A stretch of 64,000 bases of DNA from contig JAGWIK010000009.1 of assembly GCA_028866275.1 (NCBI GenBank), positions 8,339 to 72,338 of the forward strand, read 5' to 3'. Position 1 is the first letter of the stretch, and every line of letters starts with the position of its first letter. Shown piece by piece: positions 8,810 through 18,642 of the stretch. This DNA is from Alphaproteobacteria bacterium. GTDB lineage: Bacteria; Pseudomonadota; Alphaproteobacteria; UBA9219. The notes under the pieces are model-generated. The model was not told where the DNA came from. It searched no databases and saw only the letters and a program-made list of their open reading frames with translations. The translations under genes were made by a program, and so were the position numbers.

Positions 8810-9862
8810 ATGACTTCATCCGCCCAAGCCGTACAAAAAGACGTTCAGGAATATTACGGTGAAACACTGCAAAGCAGTGCCGATCTCAAGACCAGCGCCT
8901 GTTGTCCCATCGACAGCATGCCCGTACATTTGCAGCCTTATCTAAAAAAAGTCCACGCGGAAGTGCAGGAGAAATTTTACGGCTGCGGCTCGCCTATTCC
9001 CCAAGCACTGGAAGGCATGACGGTTCTTGATTTGGGGTGCGGCACAGGGCGTGATGTTTATGTTCTATCGCAATTAGTCGGAACAAAAGGCAAGGTGATC
9101 GGTGTGGATATGACCGAAGCGCAGCTCGCTGTTGCGAGGAAACATATCGCCTACCACACGGAAGCCTTTGGTTATCAGAAGCCGAATGTCGAATTTCACC
9201 ATGGCTATATCGAAAATCTCAAGACCATCGGCATTGCCGACACTTCGATTGATATCGTTGTGTCGAACTGCGTTATCAATCTTTCACCAGACAAAGAAGC
9301 TGTGTTCCGCGAGATTTTCCGCGTCCTGAAACCCGGCGGCGAGCTTTATTTCTCCGACGTCTTCACCGGACGGCGCGTGCCGAAAGCCCTGCAACACGAC
9401 AAGGAATTGCTGGGCGAATGCCTCGGCGGCGCGATGTATGTCGAGGATTTCCGGCGCATGTTGCGCAAGATCGGTTGCCTTGATTGCCGGATGATGAGTA
9501 AAGGACGCATTGCGCTCAACGAACCGTCTGTCGAACAGAAGGCCGGTATGATCGACTTTTATTCGATCACCGTTCGCGCCTTCAAATGCGACCTCGAAGA
9601 TATTTGTGAGGATTACGGCCACGTCGTCACTTACAAAGGCACGGTGGCCGAAGCGCCGCATGCCTTCCGGCTTGACGATCATCATCTGTTCAAGACAGGC
9701 ATGCCGGAACGCGTCTGCGGCAATACATGGAAAATGCTGATGGAAACGCGGTTTTCTCCGCACTTTTCTTCCATGGGGGATTTCTCGACCCACTACGGCG
9801 CGTTCGATTGCGCGCCAGCCACAGGAACGGAAAGCAACGCGCCCTCCGGCGCATGCTGCTAA
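8810..9862 (+). CDS. arsM: arsenite S-adenosylmethionine methyltransferase ArsM
   Basis: N-terminal YYGETLQSSADLKTSACCP conserved Cys pair; SAM-binding LDLGCGTG; additional Cys. Confidence 0.8.
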   Translation: MTSSAQAVQKDVQEYYGETLQSSADLKTSACCPIDSMPVHLQPYLKKVHAEVQEKFYGCGSPIPQALEGMTVLDLGCGTGRDVYVLSQLVGTKGKVIGVDMTEAQLAVARKHIAYHTEAFGYQKPNVEFHHGYIENLKTIGIADTSIDIVVSNCVINLSPDKEAVFREIFRVLKPGGELYFSDVFTGRRVPKALQHDKELLGECLGGAMYVEDFRRMLRKIGCLDCRMMSKGRIALNEPSVEQKAGMIDFYSITVRAFKCDLEDICEDYGHVVTYKGTVAEAPHAFRLDDHHLFKTGMPERVCGNTWKMLMETRFSPHFSSMGDFSTHYGAFDCAPATGTESNAPSGACC

Positions 9863-9880
9863 ATAACAACAAGAAGGAAT

Positions 9881-10732
9881 GTGAATATGCTTGGCATTAT
9901 CGGCGGAACCGGATTCTACAAACTCGAAGGGCTTGAGATCATCGAAGAGATGGATGTTTCCACTCCCTATGGCAAACCGTCGGCGCCTTTAGGCAAAGCA
10001 CGTTATGCCGGCAAGGAATTGTTTTTTCTGCCGCGCCACGGCGCGCATCATCAGTTCTTGCCGCATGAAGTCAATTACCGCGCGAATATCTATGCGTTGA
10101 AGCAAGCGGGGGTGCGGCAAATTGTCGGTTTCTCCGCCGTGGGCAGTTTGCGCGAGGAGATAGCACCGGGGGATCTTGCCATTCCCACGCAATATATAGA
10201 TTGGATTAAAGATGGTCGCATCAAGACTTTCTTTGGCAACGGCGTGACGGCGCATGTCTCGACAGCGGAACCCGTCTGCCCGAATCTTGTTAAGGGATTG
10301 GCCGAAGCGGCAGAGCGAATAAATGCAAAGCTTCACACCGGAAAAACATACATCTGCGTCGATGGCCCCCGCCTCGGCACGCGGGCGGAAAGCCATTTCT
10401 TCCGGCAAATCGGCGGCGATCTGGTCGGCATGACGAATGTGCCGGAGGTGTTTCTGGCGCGGGAAGCGCAGATAGCCTACGCGACAGTTGGTATCGCCAC
10501 CGATTACGATTGCTGGAAAGATAACCCCGCCGATCACGCCGACACCGCGACGATCATCGCGCGTTATGGCGCAAGCCTGCAAAAAGCCAACCTGCTGCTC
10601 AGAAACTTTCTTGAGCATGTTTTGCCGGAACCAAGCACGGCAAGCCGCGAGAGCCTGAAAGGTGCAGTGATGACGCCAGATCATGCGCTTTCGGCAAAGG
10701 CAAAAGAACTGCTGGCTGTGTTAAGAGCATGA
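9881..10732 (+). CDS. mtnP: S-methyl-5'-thioadenosine phosphorylase-like (PNP/MTAP family)
   Basis: IIGGTGFY N-terminus and GMTNVPE motif of MTAP. Confidence 0.8.
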   Translation: MNMLGIIGGTGFYKLEGLEIIEEMDVSTPYGKPSAPLGKARYAGKELFFLPRHGAHHQFLPHEVNYRANIYALKQAGVRQIVGFSAVGSLREEIAPGDLAIPTQYIDWIKDGRIKTFFGNGVTAHVSTAEPVCPNLVKGLAEAAERINAKLHTGKTYICVDGPRLGTRAESHFFRQIGGDLVGMTNVPEVFLAREAQIAYATVGIATDYDCWKDNPADHADTATIIARYGASLQKANLLLRNFLEHVLPEPSTASRESLKGAVMTPDHALSAKAKELLAVLRA

Positions 10733-11418
10733 AACTTTCGGTCATCATTCCGTTGGCTGAAGGCGAACAGGCTTGGCGCGATCTGCTGCCCGATCTTGCC
10801 GCCTTGCCTGCGGACAGCGAGGTTATCCTTGCGCTGCCGCAGGATGCCTCTCCACTCGATCTGCCGGCGATCCATTCCTCCCTCACCATACGGCAAGTGC
10901 GCGAAGGCTCCGGACGCGCCCGGCAGATGAACGCGGCGGCGCGCACAGCCCAAGGCGCTCAATTGTGGTTCCTTCACGCGGACTCCCGCCTGCATCCGGA
11001 GACGATACCTGCCTTGTTGCGCAGGCTGGGGGAATATCCCGACTGGCTGCTTTATGCCGATCTTGTCTTTTCCGCAGATGCGCCTTTCCTGATGAAGCTG
11101 AACGAAATGGGGGTTTGGTTTCGCTCCCATGCGCTTGGCATGCCCTTTGGCGATCAGGGGCTGTGCATCAGAAAAAAGACTTTCTATGAACTTGGCGGTT
11201 ACCCTGAAGATGTCGCGTATGGCGAAGACCATGTCTTCGTCTGGCGAGCGCGGCAGCGCGGCATCCGTCTGCGCCCTATGGGTGCACGCCTAACCACAAG
11301 CGCGCGCAAATACTGCGAGCGCGGCTGGCTGAAGACAACGCATTTGCATCTTTGTCTCACTCTGAGGCAGGCATGGCCGGAGTGGCGTAGACTTATGATG
11401 TCGGGTGATAAGGCATGA
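10729..11418 (+). CDS. family 2 glycosyltransferase associated with rSAM/ArsS clusters (TIGR04283-like)
   Basis: GT-A fold signature; position in the ars cluster. Confidence 0.6.
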   Translation: MKLSVIIPLAEGEQAWRDLLPDLAALPADSEVILALPQDASPLDLPAIHSSLTIRQVREGSGRARQMNAAARTAQGAQLWFLHADSRLHPETIPALLRRLGEYPDWLLYADLVFSADAPFLMKLNEMGVWFRSHALGMPFGDQGLCIRKKTFYELGGYPEDVAYGEDHVFVWRARQRGIRLRPMGARLTTSARKYCERGWLKTTHLHLCLTLRQAWPEWRRLMMSGDKA

Positions 11419-12122
11419 CCGGCGCGCTCGCCATCTTCGCTAAAACGCCTGGATTGTCGCCGGTTAAGACGCGACTTGCCACCGCTATCGGCGTTAAAAA
11501 GGCGGAAGAATTCTACCAGCATAGCGCCAAATGCGTCGAGGAACTCGCGCTTGATGCTTCGCGCATGAGCGAAGGCAGTCTTGTTCCTTACTGGGCGGTA
11601 GGCGAGCAAAACGGCCATGATCATCCTTTATGGATGAACATGAATCGTCTTTGGACTGGGCGTGGCGATTTAGGTGACCGGCTGCACCATGTTTACGCTA
11701 CGCTTCTGCAACAGCACGACCACGTTATCCTGATTGGCACCGACAGCCCCCAGCTTCCGGTTTCAGCCGTTCTAACCGCTCATGAGCATTTGAAGCGTAA
11801 AACCGGTCCTGTCATCGGCCCGGCGGATGACGGCGGTTACACTCTTTTCGGAGGGCATGTGCCCCTGCCACAGGCGTTATGGACGTCCGTGACCTACAGC
11901 GTCTCTACGACATGCGCAGATTTTGCAAAAAAGCTGAAGCCTTATGGCCCCATCCTGTTTCTTGAGCAAAGTTACGATATCGACATTCTGGACGATGTGA
12001 CAAAGCTACGAAACGATGAGGCCCGCATGATCGGCAAGGCTCAAAAAGCGCTGCTGGCATGGATTGAGCAGAATGTAACTTTCCGTGCGCATCCGGCGAA
12101 TGAGTACGAAGTCGTCGATTGA
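11415..12122 (+). CDS. DUF2064 / TIGR04282-like transferase associated with ArsS clusters
   Basis: N-terminal AIFAKTPGLSPVKTRL pattern; 4-nt overlaps with neighbours. Confidence 0.55.
   Translation: MTGALAIFAKTPGLSPVKTRLATAIGVKKAEEFYQHSAKCVEELALDASRMSEGSLVPYWAVGEQNGHDHPLWMNMNRLWTGRGDLGDRLHHVYATLLQQHDHVILIGTDSPQLPVSAVLTAHEHLKRKTGPVIGPADDGGYTLFGGHVPLPQALWTSVTYSVSTTCADFAKKLKPYGPILFLEQSYDIDILDDVTKLRNDEARMIGKAQKALLAWIEQNVTFRAHPANEYEVVD
12074..12102 (+). promoter_or_regulatory. ECF-sigma-like promoter motif copy 4 (TGTAAC-N17-CGAATG) internal to the array, upstream of DUF547-P450
   Basis: TGTAAC at 12074-12079, N17, CGAATG at 12097-12102, 34 nt before the ATG at 12137. Confidence 0.45.
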
Positions 12123-12136
12123 CCGGTGGAGTTTTT

Positions 12137-12889
12137 ATGAAAATCAGACTGATTACGTTTTTAACACTTTTGTTGGGCTTGTTTCTTACGGGCACGGCTC
12201 CGGCTTTGGCCTCCGACGACTACCTGACGCCTTATGACGGCTTGCTGGCGCAATATGTGAAGCCCGGCAACAAAGATGGCATTAACGCGGCGCTGGTCGA
12301 TTATCGCGGCTGGGCCAGAGATCCCCGGCATCTTCAGGCCATGGTGTCCTTGCAAAAGGCCAATCCGGAGACGCTTATCTCACGCGAAGAAAAAGCCTTC
12401 TGGATCAACGCTTACAATCTGCTGACCATCGATTTAATCATCCACCACCCCGACATTGCCAGCATCAAAGACCTCGGCAACTTATTGCAAAGTCCGTGGA
12501 AGGCCTATGACTGGAAGATTGGCGGCCACACTTATACGCTCGACGATATTGAGCAGAGGATTCTGCGCAAGCGCAACGATCCGCGCATTCACATGGCCAT
12601 TGTTTGCGCCTCGCTGTCTTGCCCCGATCTTCGTAATGAAGCCTATCGCGCAGATAAACTGGATGCTCAGCTTGACGATCAAGCCAGGAGGTTCCTGTCC
12701 AATCCCGCCAAGGGACTCAAAGTCATGCCTTCAGGCGTCATCCTGTCACCCATTCTGAAATGGTATGCGGAAGACTTTGGCGACGAAAAAGGCGTATTGG
12801 CTTTTGTTGCGCATTATGCCGTTGGTGTGCCGACCGGCGCAACCATTGATGATTATTTTACTTATAACTGGAATTTAAATCGTCCATGA
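12137..12889 (+). CDS. DUF547 domain secreted protein
   Basis: ATG at 12137 with GGTGGAG RBS; signal peptide MKIRLITFLTLLLGLFLTGTAPALA; the ORF-track start at 12119 is a TTG. Confidence 0.55.
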   Translation: MKIRLITFLTLLLGLFLTGTAPALASDDYLTPYDGLLAQYVKPGNKDGINAALVDYRGWARDPRHLQAMVSLQKANPETLISREEKAFWINAYNLLTIDLIIHHPDIASIKDLGNLLQSPWKAYDWKIGGHTYTLDDIEQRILRKRNDPRIHMAIVCASLSCPDLRNEAYRADKLDAQLDDQARRFLSNPAKGLKVMPSGVILSPILKWYAEDFGDEKGVLAFVAHYAVGVPTGATIDDYFTYNWNLNRP

Positions 12890-14373
12890 ATATCGGCACA
12901 AGTTCAAATCTATATGCTCCGTTTACCATTCGAGAATTGTTCAAACTTGGCGCGGCTTATATAGGGCTGCGCTATATGCCGGAGGTTCTTGGCGAATTGG
13001 TTGGACCGCAAACGCGGTATGGCGACCGCCGCCGCATCCGGAATCCCTTGCCCTTCGGCGCCTTCCGTGAAGCCATCCTGCTTGCCAATCCTTTGGATAT
13101 TCAGGCCGTTTTGAAAGACCATGGGGTGGAGCGTCCGGATTGCATACGCCACAGTTTCCAAATGACGAGTAAGAAGGACAATGCCTTCACAGCGCATGGC
13201 GATGTTCGAAAAAGACAGTTGAAGGATTTTTATGACTCCATGGCTCTGAAAACAGGCGTTGCCAATGAAGGAAAGTTGGAAGCTTTCGTTCGGCAGGAGA
13301 TTGCGGGTTGGCCACGATCCATCGACGATCTTGGCGATCAACTGACGATTCTCACGGCACGCACTTTATGCTACACATTCTTTGGCTATGACATGCCGCC
13401 GGACGAGGCCATAGCCATGAATCGCGCTTATAGCGGCGGGCTGCAAAACAACGTCCTGATAGGGTCGTTGATCCGGGCCTTTACCTGCAAAGGCAGTGAA
13501 AGCCTGCCTTTGCTCAACACGCCCCAAGCGGTAAAGGTTTTTCGCCAGATCACGGACAAGATCATTGGCAACGCTTTGGGGGTCGGAAGAGAACATTTTC
13601 CTGATAATTTCCTCAACAAGCTGATGACCAGCACAGGCTATTGGGACAATCCCTGTGACAAAAACGCGCGCGAGGAAGTGGCGGCGCAATTGACCATTCT
13701 CTTGGCCGGAGGCCATGAAGCACCGCGTAGCATGCTGTTCTGGGCGCTTAATCATGTCGCACGCGATAAAGCCGTTCAGGATACATTGAGTGATGAAGCA
13801 CGTATGGCTGCGTCTTCAGAAATGTCCGAGCCTTCCGTCAAGAAACGCCCCTTTGCCGTGAGCGTTCTGCTGGAATCCATGCGGCTCTACCCACCCGCCT
13901 TCGTCCTGTTTAAAACACCGGCCAACGATGTCAGGCTCCCGGACGGTGAAATCATCAGGCCGAAAACCTTGATTATGTTGCCGACAGCAGTCGTTCACCG
14001 CGATTCACGCCATTACGAGGCAGCGGATGAATTTCATCCGTACAATATGGATCATGCGCACATCAAAGCGCGACCAGCCGGGGCCTATCTGACCTTCGGG
14101 CGCGGTCCACACACCTGTCCTGGGCAGGGATTCGCCCTGCAGTTCGGCGCCATCGTCCTCGGTGAAATTCTTAACGAGAATAGGCTTGTTGCTCCCAATC
14201 CGGACATGCCACGCCCATCCAGTAAGGCGGTCATAGGCTCTCCAGCCGGAAGCCGCCTTGTGCTGCAACGGCGTGACAATTCTGGAGAAACGCATGCCCA
14301 CGTTTCTCCCTCACACCCTCAGGAAAACCCTAAAGCGCCCCAATGCCCGTTCAACTGGCATAGGTATTTATAA
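12886..14373 (+). CDS. cytochrome P450
   Basis: Heme-binding loop FGRGPHTCPGQGFA; ExxR present; ATGA overlap with the DUF547 stop. Confidence 0.85.
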   Translation: MNIGTSSNLYAPFTIRELFKLGAAYIGLRYMPEVLGELVGPQTRYGDRRRIRNPLPFGAFREAILLANPLDIQAVLKDHGVERPDCIRHSFQMTSKKDNAFTAHGDVRKRQLKDFYDSMALKTGVANEGKLEAFVRQEIAGWPRSIDDLGDQLTILTARTLCYTFFGYDMPPDEAIAMNRAYSGGLQNNVLIGSLIRAFTCKGSESLPLLNTPQAVKVFRQITDKIIGNALGVGREHFPDNFLNKLMTSTGYWDNPCDKNAREEVAAQLTILLAGGHEAPRSMLFWALNHVARDKAVQDTLSDEARMAASSEMSEPSVKKRPFAVSVLLESMRLYPPAFVLFKTPANDVRLPDGEIIRPKTLIMLPTAVVHRDSRHYEAADEFHPYNMDHAHIKARPAGAYLTFGRGPHTCPGQGFALQFGAIVLGEILNENRLVAPNPDMPRPSSKAVIGSPAGSRLVLQRRDNSGETHAHVSPSHPQENPKAPQCPFNWHRYL

Positions 14374-14405
14374 ATAAACAACCGCAGCGGTTTGACGAAG
14401 AGCGA

Positions 14406-15383
14406 TCATCGTGTCCGCGAATGACTGCGGCGAAGTGCCTCGTCCTCGCTCATACCACAATCGAGGCCGCCACGCTCGACGCCCTCGCGCCCGAAGCCGG
14501 CTTCCGCGACATCATCGCCTGCATTGCCGACTATCCCCTCAAGCAGATCGATCACCTCCTGCCGTGAAACGTCAAGCCCTGCCTCAGTGACCATTGGGAG
14601 GCGCGCATGGCGAAAGGGTTGCGTCAACATTCGATCAATACGCATTTCTTCCTTTTCGCGGAATTGCTCTAGCCCAATCTTCATCCTGTCATGTCCTTGC
14701 TCCGGCTGCGCGCGATAGGTACCGAACAGGCGATCCCATAGGGAGATGTTGAATCCGTAATTGCTGTTGATTTCGGCAACCGCCACTGAATGATGCACAC
14801 GGTGCATATCGGGTGTGACGAGGATGCGACGAAGTCTTTGATCCCATTTCGCCGGAAGCGCGATATTGCCATGATTGAACATGGCGCAGGCGTTTAAAAT
14901 GATTTCGAAAAACAGGACGGCTTCCGGCGGCGCGCCGATTGCGGCTACGGCGGCGAATTTAATAGCCATAGAGATAAGGATTTCAACGGGGTGAAACCGA
15001 AGCGCGGTCGTTACATCAAATTCAATGTCGGCATGATGAACACGGTGCAATCGCCACAAGATAGGAACTTTATGAAAAGTGACATGTTGGAAGTAAATCA
15101 TCAGGTCAAGAAACACCAGAGTCAGAAAGATATTCGCCAAAAAAGGCAGGCCAAAAAGAGGCAGAAAGCCCCACTGATGCTGGTTGACGCTAAGGGCAAA
15201 TCCAGCCAACGATACAGGAAAGACAAGACGCAGCACCGCAATATCCAGAATAACCAGCGCCAGATTGTGCGGCCAACGGTCACGGCGGCGTGTCTGTTGC
15301 GGCCGCCGCGGCCAAAAAGACTCAGCCACGGCCATAATGACGAAGACACCAAGGAAGACCGAAAGACGAAGAATATTTTCCAT
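14406..15383 (-). CDS. fatty acid hydroxylase / sterol desaturase superfamily membrane protein
   Basis: His boxes HRVHHAD and HRVHHS; multi-TM N-terminus. Confidence 0.75.
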   Translation of the reverse strand: MENILRLSVFLGVFVIMAVAESFWPRRPQQTRRRDRWPHNLALVILDIAVLRLVFPVSLAGFALSVNQHQWGFLPLFGLPFLANIFLTLVFLDLMIYFQHVTFHKVPILWRLHRVHHADIEFDVTTALRFHPVEILISMAIKFAAVAAIGAPPEAVLFFEIILNACAMFNHGNIALPAKWDQRLRRILVTPDMHRVHHSVAVAEINSNYGFNISLWDRLFGTYRAQPEQGHDRMKIGLEQFREKEEMRIDRMLTQPFRHARLPMVTEAGLDVSRQEVIDLLEGIVGNAGDDVAEAGFGREGVERGGLDCGMSEDEALRRSHSRTR

Positions 15384-15390
15384 GCCGCTT

Positions 15391-16098
15391 CTATTCAGCC
15401 GTAAAATGCAGATCGCGGTAATAGCCCGTCGCGGGCAACCCGCTATTATCGCAATCGGTCATAATCGCTACACCGTCAATGTTCGTAACGTCCATCCCAA
15501 ATAAGTTTTTGAAATCCTCGCGCACGTTGCGGACTTCGCTGACCCATCGCTCTGGCGTTGCAGGCTGTCCGGAACGCAGCGCGACCATCATGGCTTGATC
15601 CGTAAAGGCGTTCGGCCATGAGCTACCCACTGGCTGGCGGTTCGCCCACACATAATCGATTGCTTTTGTTCGCCACGGCATCAATGCGCTAGGCGCATAA
15701 ACGACATAAACGCGCGCGGCGTAATCGTCTCCGGCTTTGGTGGTATCATCCAAATCAGGATGCACCCCATCCGCGCGCCAGAACCAGCGCAGCACCGGCG
15801 TGCGCGTGAGGTCAACGGACATTCGGCGATACAAAGCCGAAGCCGTATCCTTGCATGTCGCCCGCAAGGTGTCCTGACCGATCAACTGGTAATTCGTATG
15901 CCCTTTGAATGAGCGTTCATCCCAGCTGGCCATTTCGTCATGGCTAAAGGTTCCAATCAACACGTCTTCAGCTAATGCGACGTTAGATTCCCCAGCTGTT
16001 GCCAGAAAGATCAAACCTATGAACAGGACAAACTGGACTTTAGGGTAATGCCTATACAGCCAGTGAGCAACGCGATTGAGCCATGAATTCATCTGCAC
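15391..16098 (-). CDS. DUF3047 family secreted protein
   Basis: Signal-peptide-like N-terminus; domain-pattern recognition only. Confidence 0.45.
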   Translation of the reverse strand: MQMNSWLNRVAHWLYRHYPKVQFVLFIGLIFLATAGESNVALAEDVLIGTFSHDEMASWDERSFKGHTNYQLIGQDTLRATCKDTASALYRRMSVDLTRTPVLRWFWRADGVHPDLDDTTKAGDDYAARVYVVYAPSALMPWRTKAIDYVWANRQPVGSSWPNAFTDQAMMVALRSGQPATPERWVSEVRNVREDFKNLFGMDVTNIDGVAIMTDCDNSGLPATGYYRDLHFTAE

Positions 16099-16113
16099 AT
16101 CCCGAAAATCTCT

Positions 16114-16770
16114 TTAGGCCGCTGTTTTCCAGTGAGGCGGCAATGTTTTAGAAAAATAGGGAAGATTTTCGACCTCCGTTTTCCATGTTTTCAGGTTTTC
16201 GGGCATAGTGGCCAGCAGATCGTAGTTGCTGTTCTTGAGCTTCAATCTTCCCAACATCGCTATCAATGGATAAAAACAAAAATCGACCGCACATGGCGCG
16301 TTGCCGTGAAAGAACTTCCCTTTTATTCCGGTCGCCAGCATTTCAAGATTGCTGGTGACGACATTGCTGGCGGTTTCGACGACCGAGGCATCGAGCAACC
16401 CTTCCGGCTTTATCAGCAGCTCCTCCACCATGCGGCGCACGGGTGGAAAGAGGTAGGCGTCCATCTCATAGATGGTTCGCCGGGCAATGGCGCGGTCTTT
16501 CGGTTCGCACGGCCAGATCGAAGGCGTTTGATCCTGAAAGGTTTCTTCAAGATATTCCAGAATGGCCATTGATTCATAAAGGGCGAAGCCGTCATGGACA
16601 ATCGCCGGCGCTCTGCCGCGCGGATTGATGGCGCGATATTCGGGCGTCTGGAGTTCGCCTTTGTCTCGGCTGAGAACATGCAGCTCGTAAGGAATATTCT
16701 TGTATTCCAATGCAAGCCACACACGCCATGCAAACGGAGAGCCGGAGAGATAGTAAAAGGACAGAGCCAT
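16114..16770 (-). CDS. glutathione S-transferase
   Basis: N-terminal thioredoxin-like GST domain LSFYYLSGSPFAWRVWLALEYKNIPYE. Confidence 0.8.
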   Translation of the reverse strand: MALSFYYLSGSPFAWRVWLALEYKNIPYELHVLSRDKGELQTPEYRAINPRGRAPAIVHDGFALYESMAILEYLEETFQDQTPSIWPCEPKDRAIARRTIYEMDAYLFPPVRRMVEELLIKPEGLLDASVVETASNVVTSNLEMLATGIKGKFFHGNAPCAVDFCFYPLIAMLGRLKLKNSNYDLLATMPENLKTWKTEVENLPYFSKTLPPHWKTAA

Positions 16771-16771
16771 G

Positions 16772-17182
16772 TCACACCGCCATCAGGATGGTATAGGCCA
16801 TAATCATCTGGCAGCCGAAACCCACGGCAAAAGCGATGGTGCGGAAAAACGGAATGCCGAGCATATAAATCACCAGATGCGCGACGCGCGAAGCAAAATA
16901 CACCGCCGCCGCCATGGCGGTTAAGGAATTGGACAGCCCAAGCACATGCACGATGATTGCCAGCGGTGCGAACACGACCAGATTCTCAATCGCGTTGCGA
17001 TGGGCGCTCATACAGCGAAAGGCCCATTTCGCTTCGGGGTGACTGTCCGGTTCGGGATTGCCGAGGGCGCGCCACAGCCCCATTTCAACCATGCGATTGA
17101 GGATATAGGGTACCCAGATCAGTCCCGTTAGCAAAGCGGACAGAGCGGTGTAGCGCAATTCCGGCGAGAGTGCTGTCGTCAT
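16772..17182 (-). CDS. MAPEG family (membrane-associated glutathione-metabolism) protein
   Basis: 4-TM ~135-aa protein adjacent to the GST; MAPEG-like pattern. Confidence 0.55.
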   Translation of the reverse strand: MTTALSPELRYTALSALLTGLIWVPYILNRMVEMGLWRALGNPEPDSHPEAKWAFRCMSAHRNAIENLVVFAPLAIIVHVLGLSNSLTAMAAAVYFASRVAHLVIYMLGIPFFRTIAFAVGFGCQMIMAYTILMAV

Positions 17183-17195
17183 AGTATGGCCTCCT

Positions 17196-17552
17196 TCAAG
17201 CCGCTCGGTGTTTGTTCTCTGTAAAGGCTCGCGATTCCTCTGCCAACGCGACGATGTCCTTGTTGGCTGTCGCCACGATACCCCATTCTTTCATCAACCG
17301 TCCGCGACATTCATAAGAGCCAAGGCAACCGAAATCAATCAATGCCGCAATACGACTGGCCGGAAGTTTCATCACGAGATGGCCGTTGTGCAGCTTGGCG
17401 AATACCTTGCCGTCGACGCGCAGGCAATCAAAGCCGAATAGTTTGACGCGCTCGACATGCGTGTCGGTTGCGCCATAGAACGCTGCCAATTTGGCGAATA
17501 GCTTTTCCCCCGACGATGCGGGAACGGAGGACTTAGGTTTGCGGGCAATCAT
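17196..17552 (-). CDS. TfoX/Sxy N-terminal domain-like protein
   Basis: Size and pattern only. Confidence 0.35.
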   Translation of the reverse strand: MIARKPKSSVPASSGEKLFAKLAAFYGATDTHVERVKLFGFDCLRVDGKVFAKLHNGHLVMKLPASRIAALIDFGCLGSYECRGRLMKEWGIVATANKDIVALAEESRAFTENKHRAA

Positions 17553-18094
17553 CAGGCAACCCTGCGAAATTTTCCACCAGGGCCGCCGAGCTTCTTTTGG
17601 ATATTGGCGAACGCCATATTCAGCATCATCGGCATCATATAAACCGCCATGAAACGCATCAACCCCGGACGCCAGTTGAAATAGGTGCGGAAGACAAGTT
17701 CCGAACCTTTATCGCGGGAACGCACTAGCAGGATCACATAGTGGTTCTCCGTCGGCACCATCATTGTGTTCTCCGGCTGGAAGGCGAAGGCATAGCCTTT
17801 GGGCGGATCCCACCAGATGATGCGTTCGACCACATTGCCCATCATGCCAATAGCGCAGGCTCTTTCCGATCCCACGCCGCACTGTCCGGAGCCGTTTTTG
17901 GAATGGGCGTGATTCATGTTCAACGCCTTCAGCATCGGCACCCATTGGCTGACATTTTGTGGTTCGGAAACATAGGCGAAGAGACGTTCCGGCGAAACGT
18001 CAAAACGCGCCACGCCTTCAAAGCGCAGCGGTACGCCGAGTCGTTTAGCGGCGTCAATCGTGGATAAATCCGAAAATGTCGCGGCGTAGGTCAT
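17552..18094 (-). CDS. SRPBCC (polyketide cyclase/START-like) family protein
   Basis: Pattern-level resemblance only. Confidence 0.4.
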   Translation of the reverse strand: MTYAATFSDLSTIDAAKRLGVPLRFEGVARFDVSPERLFAYVSEPQNVSQWVPMLKALNMNHAHSKNGSGQCGVGSERACAIGMMGNVVERIIWWDPPKGYAFAFQPENTMMVPTENHYVILLVRSRDKGSELVFRTYFNWRPGLMRFMAVYMMPMMLNMAFANIQKKLGGPGGKFRRVA

Positions 18095-18111
18095 GGGTAT
18101 ATCCTTTCGTT

Positions 18112-18528
18112 TCAGCCTTGGGCGATGGCTTCTTTCAATTGTTCATTGGTCATGGCTTGACCGGCAATTCCCCATGCGCCATCGACGGCATGCACGACAT
18201 TGACCCAGATATGGTCTTTGGGATGTTTGCCGCCGGACATCTCGTGGATGATGGCGGTCGCTTCCTCGATATAACCGATCTGAACCTCGCGCGTGGCGAA
18301 GGCGAATGACGGCACTTTCCATTCGATCAGGGCGACCGGAGATTCTTGCAAGCCGGAAAAAGTGCTGTCCTTTGCCAGTACATGAACGGAGCCGATGATG
18401 TTCGGCGTCAGAACCTTGTTTCCGGACAGGCCGTGCCATTTCAGAAAGGCCTCGGACAATTTGGCAAGCGCGGCCTTCTCGCTGCCTTGGGGTAAAACGT
18501 CTTCCGTGAGGGTGAGAGTAAGGGGCAT
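18112..18528 (-). CDS. tautomerase-superfamily-like protein (Pro1 after the initiator Met)
   Basis: MPLTL N-terminus; ~138 aa, two-half organisation. Confidence 0.3.
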   Translation of the reverse strand: MPLTLTLTEDVLPQGSEKAALAKLSEAFLKWHGLSGNKVLTPNIIGSVHVLAKDSTFSGLQESPVALIEWKVPSFAFATREVQIGYIEEATAIIHEMSGGKHPKDHIWVNVVHAVDGAWGIAGQAMTNEQLKEAIAQG

Positions 18529-18642
18529 AGTGGCTCCATTGGTTGGTTGCGCGCATGCGGCGTGAGATCGTGGTTACTCACGGTCAATATCAGAACACTC
18601 GTTCTGGTATTTGTCAAGGCAATCTACAACCACTGCCGAAGG

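Noticed and set aside
12119-12136. ORF-track start of DUF547 at 12119
   Set aside because: The codon is TTG and overlaps the upstream stop. The ATG at 12137 has a GGTGGAG RBS and begins a canonical signal peptide.
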